From NCBI GenBank assembly GCA_963793305.1, contig CAWBZV010000002.1, forward strand, positions 480,001 to 544,000: a DNA stretch of 64,000 nucleotides, written 5' to 3'. Position numbers and translations under genes: made by a program. Positions 9,971 through 20,946 of this stretch are shown one piece after another. The DNA is from an uncultured Gemmatimonadales bacterium (lineage in GTDB: Bacteria > Gemmatimonadota > Gemmatimonadetes > Gemmatimonadales > Gemmatimonadaceae). The notes beneath the pieces are model-generated. The model ran no database searches and was not told the origin of the DNA. It was given only the letters and a program-made list of their open reading frames with translations. The number at the start of each line of letters is the position of its first letter. Positions within the stretch are counted from its first letter, which is position 1.

Positions 9971-10320
9971 TTCCGACACGGCCCGAACCCACCATGGACG
10001 ATGTCGGCGTGAATCAACGTGCCGCACTTGGGGCAGTGGTGCTCGACCTCGTGACCAGCTGCCACGGACGGTGTCTCGCTGATCATCGCGATGACCCGAG
10101 CTTGCTGCTCGGGTGTCATCGACGCACTGAGCGCTGCGACGGATCCCAGCGTGGTCGGTTTGGGACGGGGCTGCGTGAGCGCCGCGCCCCATGAGGCCCA
10201 TGAGCCCGGATCGCCGTTCTCCTGCACCTCGCGCGAGGCTCTGATCAGCCACGGGATGAGGCGCCAGGCGATAGTCAAGAAAATCCCCGCCTCGCCACCA
10301 TAGCGATAGCCCGGATCCAT
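9943..10320 (-). CDS. Hypothetical membrane protein with C-terminal zinc ribbon
   Basis: One TM segment; CPKCG...CRKCG. Confidence 0.55.
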   Translation of the reverse strand: MDPGYRYGGEAGIFLTIAWRLIPWLIRASREVQENGDPGSWASWGAALTQPRPKPTTLGSVAALSASMTPEQQARVIAMISETPSVAAGHEVEHHCPKCGTLIHADIVHGGFGPCRKCGWTPEQA

Positions 10321-10333
10321 ACTCCATGGACGA

Positions 10334-10924
10334 TCAGCCGAACAGCTTCGCCACGAAGAGCGCGGCTCCCACGGCGCCGATCGCCAATGAGGTCCCCAGA
10401 ACGCCCCTGGACCTCGTGAGCGCTGACACCGCACCGAGCGCAATCGCGACCTGTAGCAACGTCACCGAGAACGCAAAACCTTTGTGTTGCGTCATGAGAC
10501 GCTCGGCTTCGTCGATCTTCTCGTCGCGCTGGTGCTCGAGCACTTTGGCGCTGTCGCTGATGGCCTTCTGCTCATTCGCGTAGCGTTGCACCGTGGCATT
10601 GATGTCCGGCGGAGGCGTCTTTCCCACCGCGTGCCACGTCGCTTCGGATCCGGCGGCGATAGCGCCCTTGATCCCCTTGGCCTGGTAGTATGCCCACTCA
10701 TCCGAGGCCTGGGCTTGAAGGCCCGTCGCTTCGGTCTTCAAAAGAATCGCGTCGTTGACCGTCGCCCCGGCCTTGAGCGACGCGATCGCGGCCAGCGCCG
10801 CGAGCACCGCGGTCGAGAGCGCAGTGAAGCGAAGCATCCGGCCCTCGCCACCCTTCTTGGCCTCGATCTCCTCGTCGATCTTCTCGCGCAGCTTGTCGGT
10901 GTCGACTTCGATTTCTTCAGGCAT
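10334..10924 (-). CDS. DUF4337-like membrane protein
   Basis: ASDEWAYYQAKGIK and LLQVAIAL motifs, TM helices. Confidence 0.8.
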   Translation of the reverse strand: MPEEIEVDTDKLREKIDEEIEAKKGGEGRMLRFTALSTAVLAALAAIASLKAGATVNDAILLKTEATGLQAQASDEWAYYQAKGIKGAIAAGSEATWHAVGKTPPPDINATVQRYANEQKAISDSAKVLEHQRDEKIDEAERLMTQHKGFAFSVTLLQVAIALGAVSALTRSRGVLGTSLAIGAVGAALFVAKLFG

Positions 10925-11933
10925 CCGGGGAAGCTAGCATCGACAGGAACTCGAGCCCATTGGTCGTCCCGTAGTTTCCGTAGCAATTATTGAACACGAC
11001 GTGGACGCCCTGGAAGTGCGGCTCCTTCACCTGGGCCGCGGCCTCCTGTACTCGCGGCACCCATTCCTCCAGCTGGCTCCGGTCATAGAGATATCGATAT
11101 CGCTCGGCGACGGACACGCCGCGTTTCTCCCAGGTATCCGTCCGGCGTCCATGCATGCGCACGAGCGCCACAAAGGGCAATGTGACCGCCACATCTGGCG
11201 GCATACTGGATCGCATGCCCGGCGGCGCGTCGACCATCACGTACGCGAGCCAGTTTTTCTGGAGCAGTGCCAATGTGCGCTCGCGCAGCCGATCCGACAT
11301 CCACGCCCGATTTCTGAACTCGATGGCGAGCGGCAGATCGCCGAGTCCCTCCTTGGTCGCCGCAACCACCGCGGCGTTCTCCCGGGTCGGGCCGAACCAG
11401 GGCGGAAACTGGAACACGATCGCGCCGAGACGCCCCGCCGTCGCGAGAGGAGCCAGACCGTTGGCGAACCGTCGCCTGACTTCAGCCATCACCTCGCTCG
11501 GCAGATCGTGCGCATAGACTCGCGGCTTGTCGGCGAGTGCGGAGGGTAGCGCGTGATACAGATCGGCCGGTAGACGGCGCGGCTCGGATGGGTGCCCGGT
11601 CAGCAGCGCGTGCGCTTTCATACAGAACCGGAACGACTCGGGCGTCCGGTCGACCCAGTGCTGGACGACCACCGGCGGCTGCAGCGCATAAAACGTCGAG
11701 TCGACTTCGACCATCGCGAACCGACTCGCGTAGTACTTGAGCCGACCCTCAGCGGACGTCGCGCCGGGTGGATAGAATACACCGGGCGCAGTGAGCGTAC
11801 GATCGGTCCATCCCGCCGTGCCGACGTAGACCTTGCCGCCGGCCGGCAGGGAAACGGGCCCAGTCGTTACAGCGCCGAGCCGTTCCGCGCGGGCACGCGC
11901 CGCGTCACGGTCCGGGTCGTGCTCAGTGCTCAT
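10917..11933 (-). CDS. DUF72 family protein
   Basis: YVGTAGW, VEVDSTFY, FQFPPWF, EFR, RMHGR, FNN. Confidence 0.9.
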   Translation of the reverse strand: MSTEHDPDRDAARARAERLGAVTTGPVSLPAGGKVYVGTAGWTDRTLTAPGVFYPPGATSAEGRLKYYASRFAMVEVDSTFYALQPPVVVQHWVDRTPESFRFCMKAHALLTGHPSEPRRLPADLYHALPSALADKPRVYAHDLPSEVMAEVRRRFANGLAPLATAGRLGAIVFQFPPWFGPTRENAAVVAATKEGLGDLPLAIEFRNRAWMSDRLRERTLALLQKNWLAYVMVDAPPGMRSSMPPDVAVTLPFVALVRMHGRRTDTWEKRGVSVAERYRYLYDRSQLEEWVPRVQEAAAQVKEPHFQGVHVVFNNCYGNYGTTNGLEFLSMLASPDA

Positions 11934-11980
11934 GCGTTGGAACTCTATTTCGGGGTCTGTTCGGACGCCAGGGAGGAACG

Positions 11981-12160
11981 ATGGAAAGGGAAGACGAGGA
12001 GCAAGAGGAACAGGAGGAGCAGCAGGCGTTGGAGCGCGACGACCGTGAGGGGCTGATCGGCGACACGGACGAGAATCGGAATCTGAGCGGGTCGACGACT
12101 TGGGAAACCCTGCCCGATCAAGGCCCAGCCGACGACGACGAGGAAGACGCCGCAAGCTGA
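11981..12160 (+). CDS. Small acidic protein (59 aa)
   Basis: Below ORF-track cutoff; strong GGGAGG RBS; MEREDEEQEEQEEQQALERDDREGLIGDTDENRNLSGSTTWETLPDQGPADDDEEDAAS. Confidence 0.7.
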   Translation: MEREDEEQEEQEEQQALERDDREGLIGDTDENRNLSGSTTWETLPDQGPADDDEEDAAS

Positions 12161-12170
12161 AGATTGAACT

Positions 12171-12215
12171 CACCGGCCAGTCGCGGATAGTATGGTGATG
12201 ACCGACTGGCCGGTG
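12171..12215. promoter_or_regulatory. 13-bp perfect inverted repeat (terminator and/or operator)
   Basis: CACCGGCCAGTCG-N19-CGACTGGCCGGTG followed by TTGTTT; overlaps TTGAAC...TAGTAT. Confidence 0.55.
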
Positions 12216-12223
12216 TTGTTTAC

Positions 12224-13694
12224 ATGATGCACTGGTATTACAACCTTCGTTTACGCACGAAGTTGATCGCCGCCTTTGCGTTGGTGATCGGCGTGATGGC
12301 GGTCGACACCGTGCTCGTCGCCGGGGCCATAGGCGCGAGAGACTGGATACTCGCGAGAAACATGCTCTGGATCGGCGGGGGCCTGATCGTGCTCATCGCG
12401 GTCGGGAACTACTGGCTCATCGGCCAGAGCGTCGCCTGGCCCGTGCAAGAGCTCAAAAGCAAGATGGCCCTCGTGGCCCGCGGCGAGGTCGGCGTCGAGG
12501 TCTGGATCACGTCGCACGATGAGTTCGGTGAGCTCGCGCGCGGTCTCGAGCAGATCATCGCGTCGCAAAAGGCCATTGCCGGCGCCGCGAGCGCGCTCGC
12601 CGCGGGCGATGTCGCCTCACCGCTCCAGCCTCGCAGCGACAAGGACGTCACCGGAAACGCGGTCGCTCATTTGCAGGATACCGTGCGATCGCTCCTGGAA
12701 CGTCATGGCGCGGCTCATCGCATCGGCCAAGGCCGGTCGGCTCACCGAGCGCGGCTCGGCCGCCGAGTACGAGGGCGCCTGGCACGATCTCGTGCACGGC
12801 ATGAACGACACGCTCGACGCCATCGTGCGCCCACTGACCGAAGCCTCCACCGTGCTCCGCCGCGCGGCGTCGCGCGATGTCACGGCGCGCATGATCGAGA
12901 CGTATGCCGGCGATATGGCGGAGTTCAAGACGACCCTCAACACCGCCGTCGTCAACCTCGACGAAGCGCTGGCCCAGGTCTCCGGCGCCGCCGACCAGGT
13001 CGCTGCGGCGTCCGATCAGATTCGCATCGGGAGCGAATCACTCGCCGAAGGAGCAGGGGAGCAAGCGACGGCGATCGCGACCATCTTCGAAGAGTTGCAG
13101 GAGCTCGCCATCGTCACGCGAACGAACGCCGAGCACGCGAATGCCGCGCGCGGGCTCAACGAGGCGGTCGGCATGCGCGAATTGAGCGAGGCGATGCAGC
13201 GCATTGAGGCCTCATCGAGCGCCATCGCCTCGATCGTGCACGCGATGGACGACGTCGCGACCCAGACGAACGTGCTCGCGCTCAACGCCGCCATCGAGGC
13301 GGCGCGCGCGGGCGAATACGGAAAAGGATTTGCGGTCGTCGCGCAGGAAGTGCGCAGCCTGTCGACGCGAAGCGCCGAGGCGGCGCAGAGCACCGCGCGC
13401 CTCATCGAGGAGGCGCGGCGGCACGCCGAGGCCGGCGCGGCCATCGCATCACAGGTCACGGGCGTCATGGATGAGATGGCAAAGGCCAGTGATCGCCAGC
13501 TCGAGGGCGTCGAGCACATTCGCGTGGCCATGGAGCAGGTCAACCACGCGACGCAGAACGTCGCTGCCAGCTCCGAGGAATCCGCCGCCGCGGCCGAAGA
13601 GTTACAAAGCCAGGCCGAAGAAATGCGCGGCCTCGTCAACTCGTTCCATCTGAGTGGGCGTGATACCCGCGGCAATTTCGCAAAAGCAAGTTAA
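12224..13694 (+). CDS. Methyl-accepting chemotaxis protein (frameshift ~12700)
   Basis: 2 TM, HAMP domains, [31 protein letters not shown]. Confidence 0.9.
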
Positions 13695-13792
13695 GCGATC
13701 GTTGAGGTCGTTGGGTCTCGACATCTGACCCCACCTGCAGCCGACGAGTCGACGAAGTCGACGAGTTCGGCTGCTCTGTCTATAATTCAAGC

Positions 13793-14290
13793 GTGACCGA
13801 AGCCTGGTTGCGCGGACCGGTGTACGGCGTCGACCCCTTGGTCATGCCGGCAGTCCACGCATTGATGCAAGCGAGCGACGAGATCACGCGGGCCGCTCCG
13901 GGACTGACGCCGGCGCAGCTGTGGGCGACGCCGGGCGGAGCAGGGTCGGTCGGATTCCACCTCCGCCATATCACGGGCAGCATTGACCGCTTGTTGGCAT
14001 ACGCCCACGGCCAAGCGCTCAATCCCCAACAATTCGCGACGCTCCGGGAAGAAGCGATACCCGGCGATCCGCCGGCCGAAGCCGCCCCGCTCGTGGACGA
14101 GGCGAGAAGCGCGATCAAGCGGGCGATCGCCGAGATCAAGGCAACGCCGGTCGCGACACTGCCGGAGCCACGCACGGTCGGACGGGCCGCGTTGCCGACA
14201 ACGCTCTTCGGACTCCTGTTTCATATCGGCGAGCACACCGAGCGTCATGCCGGTCAGATCATCACGCTCTCCAAGGTCGTGCGGGGATGA
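13793..14290 (+). CDS. DinB family protein
   Basis: EAWLRGP, SVGFHLRHI, HIGEHTERHAGQ. Confidence 0.85.
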   Translation: MTEAWLRGPVYGVDPLVMPAVHALMQASDEITRAAPGLTPAQLWATPGGAGSVGFHLRHITGSIDRLLAYAHGQALNPQQFATLREEAIPGDPPAEAAPLVDEARSAIKRAIAEIKATPVATLPEPRTVGRAALPTTLFGLLFHIGEHTERHAGQIITLSKVVRG

Positions 14291-14946
14291 CCGAGCAAGA
14301 CCTCGGCTTCGTGCACCGCTGGGTGCCCGGCCACGGGTCGCCGTTGACCGCGCTCGTGCTCCACGGCACGGGTGGCGACGAAAGCGACCTCCTTCCACTG
14401 GGCGCCGCGGTCGCGCCCGGCGCGGCTCTCTTGAGCCCACGCGGCAAGGTGCGCGAGAACGGCGCGCCCCGCTTCTTCAAGCGCGTTGCGCTCGGCGTCT
14501 TCGACCAAGCGGACCTCGCCGCTCGAACCGACGAGCTCGTGACGTTCGTTCACCGCGCAGCAGCGGCCTATGGGTTCGATCCCACGAAGATCGTCGCCGT
14601 CGGCTACTCCAACGGCGCGAACATCGCCTCGAGCGCGTTGCTCCGGCACCCGGGCGTGTTCGCCCGCGCCGTGCTGTTCCGGCCGATGGTGCCGTTCGTG
14701 CCGGATCCATCGCCGACGCTCAACGGAATGCCCGTATACATCTCGGCCGGTCGCGTCGATCCGATCGTTCGGCGTGACAATACGGAGGAGCTCGTGCGCG
14801 TGCTCACTGGGGCCGGGGCCTCAGTGACCGTGCGCTGGGAAGAAGCCGGACATGCCCTGACCTCCGGCGAAGTGCAAGGCGCCTCCGACTGGCTGTCCGA
14901 TCTGGACCGCCCGCCCAAGCGGCCGCGGCGTTACACTACGCCGTGA
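14287..14946 (+). CDS. Alpha/beta hydrolase (phospholipase/carboxylesterase)
   Basis: LHGTGGDE, GYSNGA, D, GH catalytic elements. Confidence 0.9.
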   Translation: MTEQDLGFVHRWVPGHGSPLTALVLHGTGGDESDLLPLGAAVAPGAALLSPRGKVRENGAPRFFKRVALGVFDQADLAARTDELVTFVHRAAAAYGFDPTKIVAVGYSNGANIASSALLRHPGVFARAVLFRPMVPFVPDPSPTLNGMPVYISAGRVDPIVRRDNTEELVRVLTGAGASVTVRWEEAGHALTSGEVQGASDWLSDLDRPPKRPRRYTTP

Positions 14947-15380
14947 TGCGACTCGCTATCCTGATCCTGCTGGTGGCACTTCGCGTCGAGGCGCAGAACG
15001 CCGACTCGATTCGCGCCGGCACCCGTGTCCGTGTGTGGGAGTCGCCATCTGTCGAGTTGATCGGCCGCGTCCAGTCCACCGACGCGAAAGCGATCACGCT
15101 CGATGTCCCTGATGGACCCATGGTCGTCGATTGGCAGCGCGTGAGCCACGTCGACGTGAGCGGCGGACCACGCAGCGGGCCACGCTGGCGGAGTGGCCTC
15201 ATCGGCGGCCTGGCGGGCGCCGTTGGCGGAGGATTGCTCGGCGTGATCATTGGCAATGCCACCAATCACAACGCCCCGAAATTCGGCGCCGCGGGCATCG
15301 TCGCCGGCGGCGTCCTCGGCGCGATCATCGGAACGACTCAGCCCGGCGAGCGCTGGACCCCCGCGACCGTCACGCGCTGA
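14946..15380 (+). CDS. Hypothetical secreted protein with glycine-zipper helices
   Basis: Signal peptide; GGLAGAVGGG and AGGVLGAIIG. Confidence 0.65.
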   Translation: MRLAILILLVALRVEAQNADSIRAGTRVRVWESPSVELIGRVQSTDAKAITLDVPDGPMVVDWQRVSHVDVSGGPRSGPRWRSGLIGGLAGAVGGGLLGVIIGNATNHNAPKFGAAGIVAGGVLGAIIGTTQPGERWTPATVTR

Positions 15381-18300
15381 GCTGCGACTCGTCCTTCGGC
15401 TCCGCGTACGACAACCGGAAGAGCACGGGCAACAAGAGGAGCGTCAGCAGCGTCGACGTCATGAGACCACCGACGATGACCGATGCGAACGGTCGCGTGG
15501 TCTCGGCGCCGACGCCGTGCGAGAACGCGGCGGGCAGGAGACCGAGCGCGGCCATCGACGCGGTCATGACGACGGGGCGCAAACGATTCGTCGTGCCTTG
15601 CCTCACGACCCGGTCGATGGGCAAACCCTCTTTTCTGAGCCGAATAAATTCGGAGATCAAAATAATTCCGTTCTGCACGGCGATGCCGAACAACGCCACG
15701 AACCCGACGGCGGCCGAGACGCTCAAATTCAGGTGCCGGAAGAAGAGCATCAAGATGCCGCCGATGAGCGCGAACGGCAGGTTGATCATGATGAGCCCGG
15801 CGTACTTCACGGAGCCGAACGCGCCGAATAAGAGGATGAAGATGAGGACGAGGCTCGTCGGCACGATGACCTCGAGGCGCTTCGTGGCGCGCCGCTGGTT
15901 TTCGAACTGCCCACCCCAGGTCATGCGATAGCCGGGCGGCAGGTGAATCTGCGCGGCCACCTTTTCCTGCGCCTCGGCGACCCAGCTCCCTTGGTCGCGC
16001 CCACGCACTGAGCACTTGATCGCGATGCGCCGCTCGTTCAGCTCGCGCGAGATGCGCGAGGCACCCTCGCCGGAGATCTGCTGCGCCAGCTCGCCGAGTG
16101 GCACGACGCGCCCATCGGGCGTGTTGACCGCCAGTCCGGCCAGCCGGTCGGCGCTCGACCGCGCGTCGGACACGTAGCGAATGCTCACGTCGAACAGCCG
16201 CTCGCCTTCCTGGAACTGCGTGACCGCGTTGCCGCCGATCGCCGTGGTGATGGCGTCTTCGACATCGCTCACGTTGAGCCCGTAGCGCGAGAGCGCGTTG
16301 CGATCGATGACGAAGCGCATCTGCGGCTGGCCGAACTGATTCTCGACGCCGAGGTCGGCGACGCCGCGGACCGTGGCCATCACGCGCATGGTCGCGTCGG
16401 CCTGTTCCTGCAGCGCGGTGAGGTCGGATCCGAAGATCTTCACCACGAGCTCACCTTTCACGCCGGACAGCGCTTCTTCGACGTTGTCCTTGATGTACTG
16501 GGAGAAATTGAGCTCGATGCCCGGTAACGCGTCACCCAGCTTCTTCGACATATCGTCGATCATCAGGTCTTTGTTTTCGTTGAACGCGCCCCACGTCCCA
16601 TGGGGTTTGAGATTGGCGAGGATCTCGACGTTGTTGGGGCCCTTCGGGTCCGTTCCATCGTCCGGCCGGCCGACCTGCGTGACGATCTCGGTAACTTCCG
16701 GGTACGTGTGAAGAATCTGACGGACCTGGCGTTCGTAGACTTTGCTCTCATCGATGTTGATGCCAACGGGCATCGTCACCGTAAGCCAGATATTCCCTTC
16801 GTCGAGCTCGGGAATGAACTCGCTGCCGAGGGTCGCGCCGATGCCCAACGCGATGACCAGCGCCGTGACGGCGATCCCCACGACCCACTTCCCGTGGTCG
16901 AGCGCCCACTCGAGAGTCGGCGCGAAGATCTTATGCAGCCAGCGCGAGGCGCGCGTTTCCTGCGCTCCGGGCTTCGGATTGATAAGGAAGCTGGCGAGCA
17001 CGGGGATCAGCGTCATCGACAACACCAGCGATCCGAGCAGCGTGAACGTCAGGGTGTACGCCATTGGCGAGAAGATCCGCCGCTCGACGCGCTGGAACGT
17101 GAAGATGGGCAAGAACGCGGTAACGACGCAGCACACCGAGAACAGCATGGGATGTCCCATGGTCTCCGTGATCTCGGCGATCAACGACCGCTTCTCGACC
17201 GACGCCCAATGCTCCCAATCGTGCGTGTGCGTCTTCTGTGCGTCGATGCCCTCGCGGAACTCGAGCGGCGCCGAGTCGTGTCGTTGCTCCAGTTCCTCGG
17301 CGGTGAGCGGCGGGGTCAACGCCATGCGGACCAGGTACGCCTCGACCATCACGACCGCCGCATCGACAATGAGCCCGAAATCGACGGCGCCGAGCGAGAT
17401 CAGGTTCGCGTCGACGTGCCGCCAGGACATGAGGGTGAAGGCGATGAGCAGCGAGAACGGAATGACCGTGGCGACGACGAGCGCGCTTTTGAGATCGCCG
17501 ACGAAGATGAGCAGGATGACGATGACCAGGAATGCGCCCGTGGCCAGGTTCTCGCGGACGGTGCCGACGGTATGATTGATGAGGTCCGACCGCCGATAGA
17601 AGGGAATCAGCTTGACGCCCTTCGGCAGCCGGAAACTCTGGATCTCGGCGGTCTTCGCCTCGATGCGCTTGATGACGTTGAGCGCGTTCTCGCCTTTGCG
17701 CAGCAGCACGATGCCTTCCACGACGTCGTCGGCCGTGTCCTTGGCGACGATGCCTTCCCGCGGTGCGCCACCGATGTGGGCCGTGCCGAGGTCCGAGACG
17801 CGAACCGGGATGCCATTCCGGGTCGTCACCGTCACATTGGCGATGTCAGTGACCGAGGAGAAGACGCCGACGCCGCGCACGATCTGCCGCTCGTAGCCGT
17901 GCATCAGGTAGCCGCCGCCCGCGTTGGCGTTGGCGTTGGCGACCGCCTGCTCGACCATCGGCAGCGTGACCCCGTAGGCCTGCAGGCGCGCGGGATCGAC
18001 ATCCACCTGGTACTGTTTCTCCTGCCCGCCAAACGAGACGATGTCGGCGACGCCCGGCACGGACCGATACGCGGGATCGACGACCCAATCGTCGATCGCC
18101 TTCATTTCGGTCCGGGGCAGGGTCCCCTGCAGCGTGTAGCGATACACCTCGCTCAGCGAGTTCGTGAGCGGTTGCATGCTGGGGTTCACGCCCGCGGGCA
18201 TGGTGATGCCCTGCAGCCGTTCCAGCGTTTGCTGCCGCACGAAGTACTCGTCGGTGCCATCGGCGAACGTCATGATGAGATCGGACAGGCCGAACATCGA

Positions 18301-18555
18301 GGTCGACCGCGTATCCGTCAGACTCGGCATGCCGTTCAGCGCCCGCTCGAGCGGCAAGCTGACCAGCCGCTCCATCTCCTCGGCCGCGTGCCCGGGCCAG
18401 AGGGTAATGATCTCGACGTGCACATCCTCGACATCGGGGAACGCTTCGACGTCGAGTCCCAAGAACGCGTTGACGCCGAGGACCGCGATCAGCGCCGCGC
18501 CGCCGAGAATGAGCAACCGCTGGCGGAGCGCGAAGCGAATGATGCGACGCAGCAC
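15370..18555 (-). CDS. czcA: CusA/CzcA family heavy-metal RND permease
   Basis: 1061 aa; NLISLGAVDFGLIVDAAVVMVE, RLRPVVMTA. Confidence 0.92.
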   Translation of the reverse strand: MLRRIIRFALRQRLLILGGAALIAVLGVNAFLGLDVEAFPDVEDVHVEIITLWPGHAAEEMERLVSLPLERALNGMPSLTDTRSTSMFGLSDLIMTFADGTDEYFVRQQTLERLQGITMPAGVNPSMQPLTNSLSEVYRYTLQGTLPRTEMKAIDDWVVDPAYRSVPGVADIVSFGGQEKQYQVDVDPARLQAYGVTLPMVEQAVANANANAGGGYLMHGYERQIVRGVGVFSSVTDIANVTVTTRNGIPVRVSDLGTAHIGGAPREGIVAKDTADDVVEGIVLLRKGENALNVIKRIEAKTAEIQSFRLPKGVKLIPFYRRSDLINHTVGTVRENLATGAFLVIVILLIFVGDLKSALVVATVIPFSLLIAFTLMSWRHVDANLISLGAVDFGLIVDAAVVMVEAYLVRMALTPPLTAEELEQRHDSAPLEFREGIDAQKTHTHDWEHWASVEKRSLIAEITETMGHPMLFSVCCVVTAFLPIFTFQRVERRIFSPMAYTLTFTLLGSLVLSMTLIPVLASFLINPKPGAQETRASRWLHKIFAPTLEWALDHGKWVVGIAVTALVIALGIGATLGSEFIPELDEGNIWLTVTMPVGINIDESKVYERQVRQILHTYPEVTEIVTQVGRPDDGTDPKGPNNVEILANLKPHGTWGAFNENKDLMIDDMSKKLGDALPGIELNFSQYIKDNVEEALSGVKGELVVKIFGSDLTALQEQADATMRVMATVRGVADLGVENQFGQPQMRFVIDRNALSRYGLNVSDVEDAITTAIGGNAVTQFQEGERLFDVSIRYVSDARSSADRLAGLAVNTPDGRVVPLGELAQQISGEGASRISRELNERRIAIKCSVRGRDQGSWVAEAQEKVAAQIHLPPGYRMTWGGQFENQRRATKRLEVIVPTSLVLIFILLFGAFGSVKYAGLIMINLPFALIGGILMLFFRHLNLSVSAAVGFVALFGIAVQNGIILISEFIRLRKEGLPIDRVVRQGTTNRLRPVVMTASMAALGLLPAAFSHGVGAETTRPFASVIVGGLMTSTLLTLLLLPVLFRLSYAEPKDESQLSA

Positions 18556-18558
18556 GAG

Positions 18559-19692
18559 TCAGGACCCCGTGCTCAGACGGCCTTGCAGCAGGATGCTCCC
18601 GCGCGAGACCACGAGCTCGCCGGCCTTGAGACCGTCGGTGATCGACGCCATCTCGCCGTCGTCGTCGCCGACGCTGACCGGCGTGCGGAGGAACCGCGTC
18701 GGGCCGGTCTGCACGAACACGACCGTCTGCTGGCCCAATGTGACGAGGGCCGTCACGGGCACCGCGACGACGTGCGAGGTGTCCGGCGCGTACAACCGGA
18801 CATCGCCGAAGGTCGCGGCCTTGAGGACGCGGCCCGGGTTCGCGAGCGTGGCGCGGACGATCGCGGTGCGCGTCGTCGAGTCGAGCGCACCGCCGACATA
18901 GGTCACGACGGCGTCGTAGCGATGATCCGGCATCGCCGCGGTCGTGAACACGAGGTGCTGTCCCCGGTGCACGTGCGTCAAGTTCTGCTCGTAGGCCTGG
19001 GCGGTGACCCAGAGCGTCTCGAGCGCCGAGATCGTGAACAGCGGATTCCCGGCATCGGCGCTGACCTCCTCGCCCGGGTTCGCCTGGCGATCCACGACCT
19101 CGCCGGCGATCGGCGAGCGCAACACGAAATCACCCGGCGCGCTGTGCTCGTCACCCTGACCGCCCGCCAACTGCCGCACCCGTTGCCCGGCGCGCTCGGC
19201 CTCGGCTCGATCCTGCGCGGCCTGGGCGCGCGCGTCTTCGAGGTCTTTGAGCGCGATGACCTTGTGGACGTAGAGACTCTCGGATCGCACGAGCTGCGTG
19301 GTGCTTTGCAGCGACGCGGCGTCGGCTTTCAGCTTGTCGCTCTGCGCCTGCGCGAGGTCGCTCGACACAATGTGGAGCAGCGGTTGTCCCGCGGCGATAT
19401 CGTCGCCCGGTCTCGCGTCGAGCGTGCGGACGCGACCGGTGACCGGCGACAGGACGCGAACCGTCTTGTCTTCGTCCAGCAGTAACTGCGCGGGGAGGGT
19501 CGCGACCACGCGCTGCTTCCGCTCGCGGACCGTGTCGATCGAGAGAGCGGCCATCTCGGGCGGCTCGAGTTGGACGGTTCCCGGTGGCAACGATGGGGTC
19601 GAGGACGACGGCGGCGTGTCGGCGGACGCGCCCTTATTGCACGCGACCGGGACAGCCAGCACGAGGCCCAACCATATACGACGAGCGGTCAT
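18559..19692 (-). CDS. czcB: RND efflux periplasmic adaptor (lipoprotein)
   Basis: VAC lipobox, SPVTGRV, LRSPIAGEV. Confidence 0.88.
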   Translation of the reverse strand: MTARRIWLGLVLAVPVACNKGASADTPPSSSTPSLPPGTVQLEPPEMAALSIDTVRERKQRVVATLPAQLLLDEDKTVRVLSPVTGRVRTLDARPGDDIAAGQPLLHIVSSDLAQAQSDKLKADAASLQSTTQLVRSESLYVHKVIALKDLEDARAQAAQDRAEAERAGQRVRQLAGGQGDEHSAPGDFVLRSPIAGEVVDRQANPGEEVSADAGNPLFTISALETLWVTAQAYEQNLTHVHRGQHLVFTTAAMPDHRYDAVVTYVGGALDSTTRTAIVRATLANPGRVLKAATFGDVRLYAPDTSHVVAVPVTALVTLGQQTVVFVQTGPTRFLRTPVSVGDDDGEMASITDGLKAGELVVSRGSILLQGRLSTGS

Positions 19693-20946
19693 TGGGGTGA
19701 CGCCTCATCTGGGATCAGATCGCGGCCGAGGGCCCGGTCAAGCGAATAGGCCGCGACCCAATAGTCGTGCACAGCGGTGAGGTATTCCGTGCGAATGTCT
19801 TGGTTCGTCCGAATCGCGTCCAGTACGTCGAGCAGCGAGCTCGCGCCGCGCTCGTAGGCGTACCGGGCGTTGGCGACTGCTTGGGCAGTCTTGTCCAACA
19901 GCCCACCCTGATACTTGCGTGCCAGAATAGTTGCCGACCGGAGCGAGTCGGCGGCTTGGATGACGTCGGAGATCGCTTGTCGGCGCGCTTCGTTATCGGC
20001 CAGTTGCGCGACCGCGACGCCGGCCTTCGCCTTTTCGCGCTCGCCGCCGTACCAATCCCAGAGTGGGATGGGCATCGAGATGCCGAGGCTGAAGCGCGAG
20101 GTCCTGCCGAACGGAAACGAGAATGTCGTAAGGCTGAGTCGGCTGCCAGCCAAGCAACAGGGTCGGGTACGGCAGGAGCAACCAGTCTTGCTGGCCTTGA
20201 ATGGCGTGGCTCTGGTCGAGCTGCGTATCGGCCGCCTTGAGGTCGGGTCGATCCGCAAGCGCGACAGCGAGGAGACTGTCAGGGCGATCGACCGGGACGC
20301 CCACGGTCTCGAACCGCAGGGTGCCGACAACCTTGAAGGCGGTGTCGGGCTGTTTGACGCCGATCAGAAGTTGCAGCGCGAGGCGGGCGGATCGAACGGT
20401 TGCCTGTGCATGCGCGAGCGCCGCGTCGGCCCGAGCGAGATTGAGCTCGCTCGTGACGACATCGGCCTCGGCGGCGGCGCCGTTCTTGAGGCGAGCCGAG
20501 TCGGCGGCAAGCAACTGGACGAGGATGTCGCGCTCATCACTGGCGAGCGACGCCAGCGCGTCATCGAGTATCAGGTCGTAGAACGCCGAGCGGACGTTGA
20601 AGACGACCGTCCGCTGCGTGTCGTAGAGGGAGAACCGCGTGGCGCCGAGTCCCAAGCGCGCGGCCTTGATGCGGTAATAGCGATTCGGGCCGATGTCGAG
20701 ATCGGACGAGAGCGCGTACTGGAATGGGAGGCCCGGTTGCACGGCCGCGGTGGGGTTCGTGAACGCGCGCGCGATGCCGAGCTCGCCGTGCGCCGAGTCG
20801 ACGTGTAATCGCGCCGTGACGATGTCCGGGTTCTTCGCGAGCGCATACTGGACGACCGCGTGTAACGTCGGCGGTCCGGCCGAGTCCGGCCGCTGCGCCG
20901 TGGCGACGATCGGGAAGGCGACCAGCCAGAAGAGACGCGTGCGCAC
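19689..20946 (-). CDS. czcC: TolC family outer-membrane channel (frameshift ~20123)
   Basis: ALAKNPDI, ALADRPDL, YERGASSLLDVLDA; two frames joined. Confidence 0.85.

Noticed and set aside
13738..13773. GTCGAC-containing imperfect hairpin after the MCP gene
   Set aside because: No U-tract and a single occurrence; insufficient to call a terminator or REP element.
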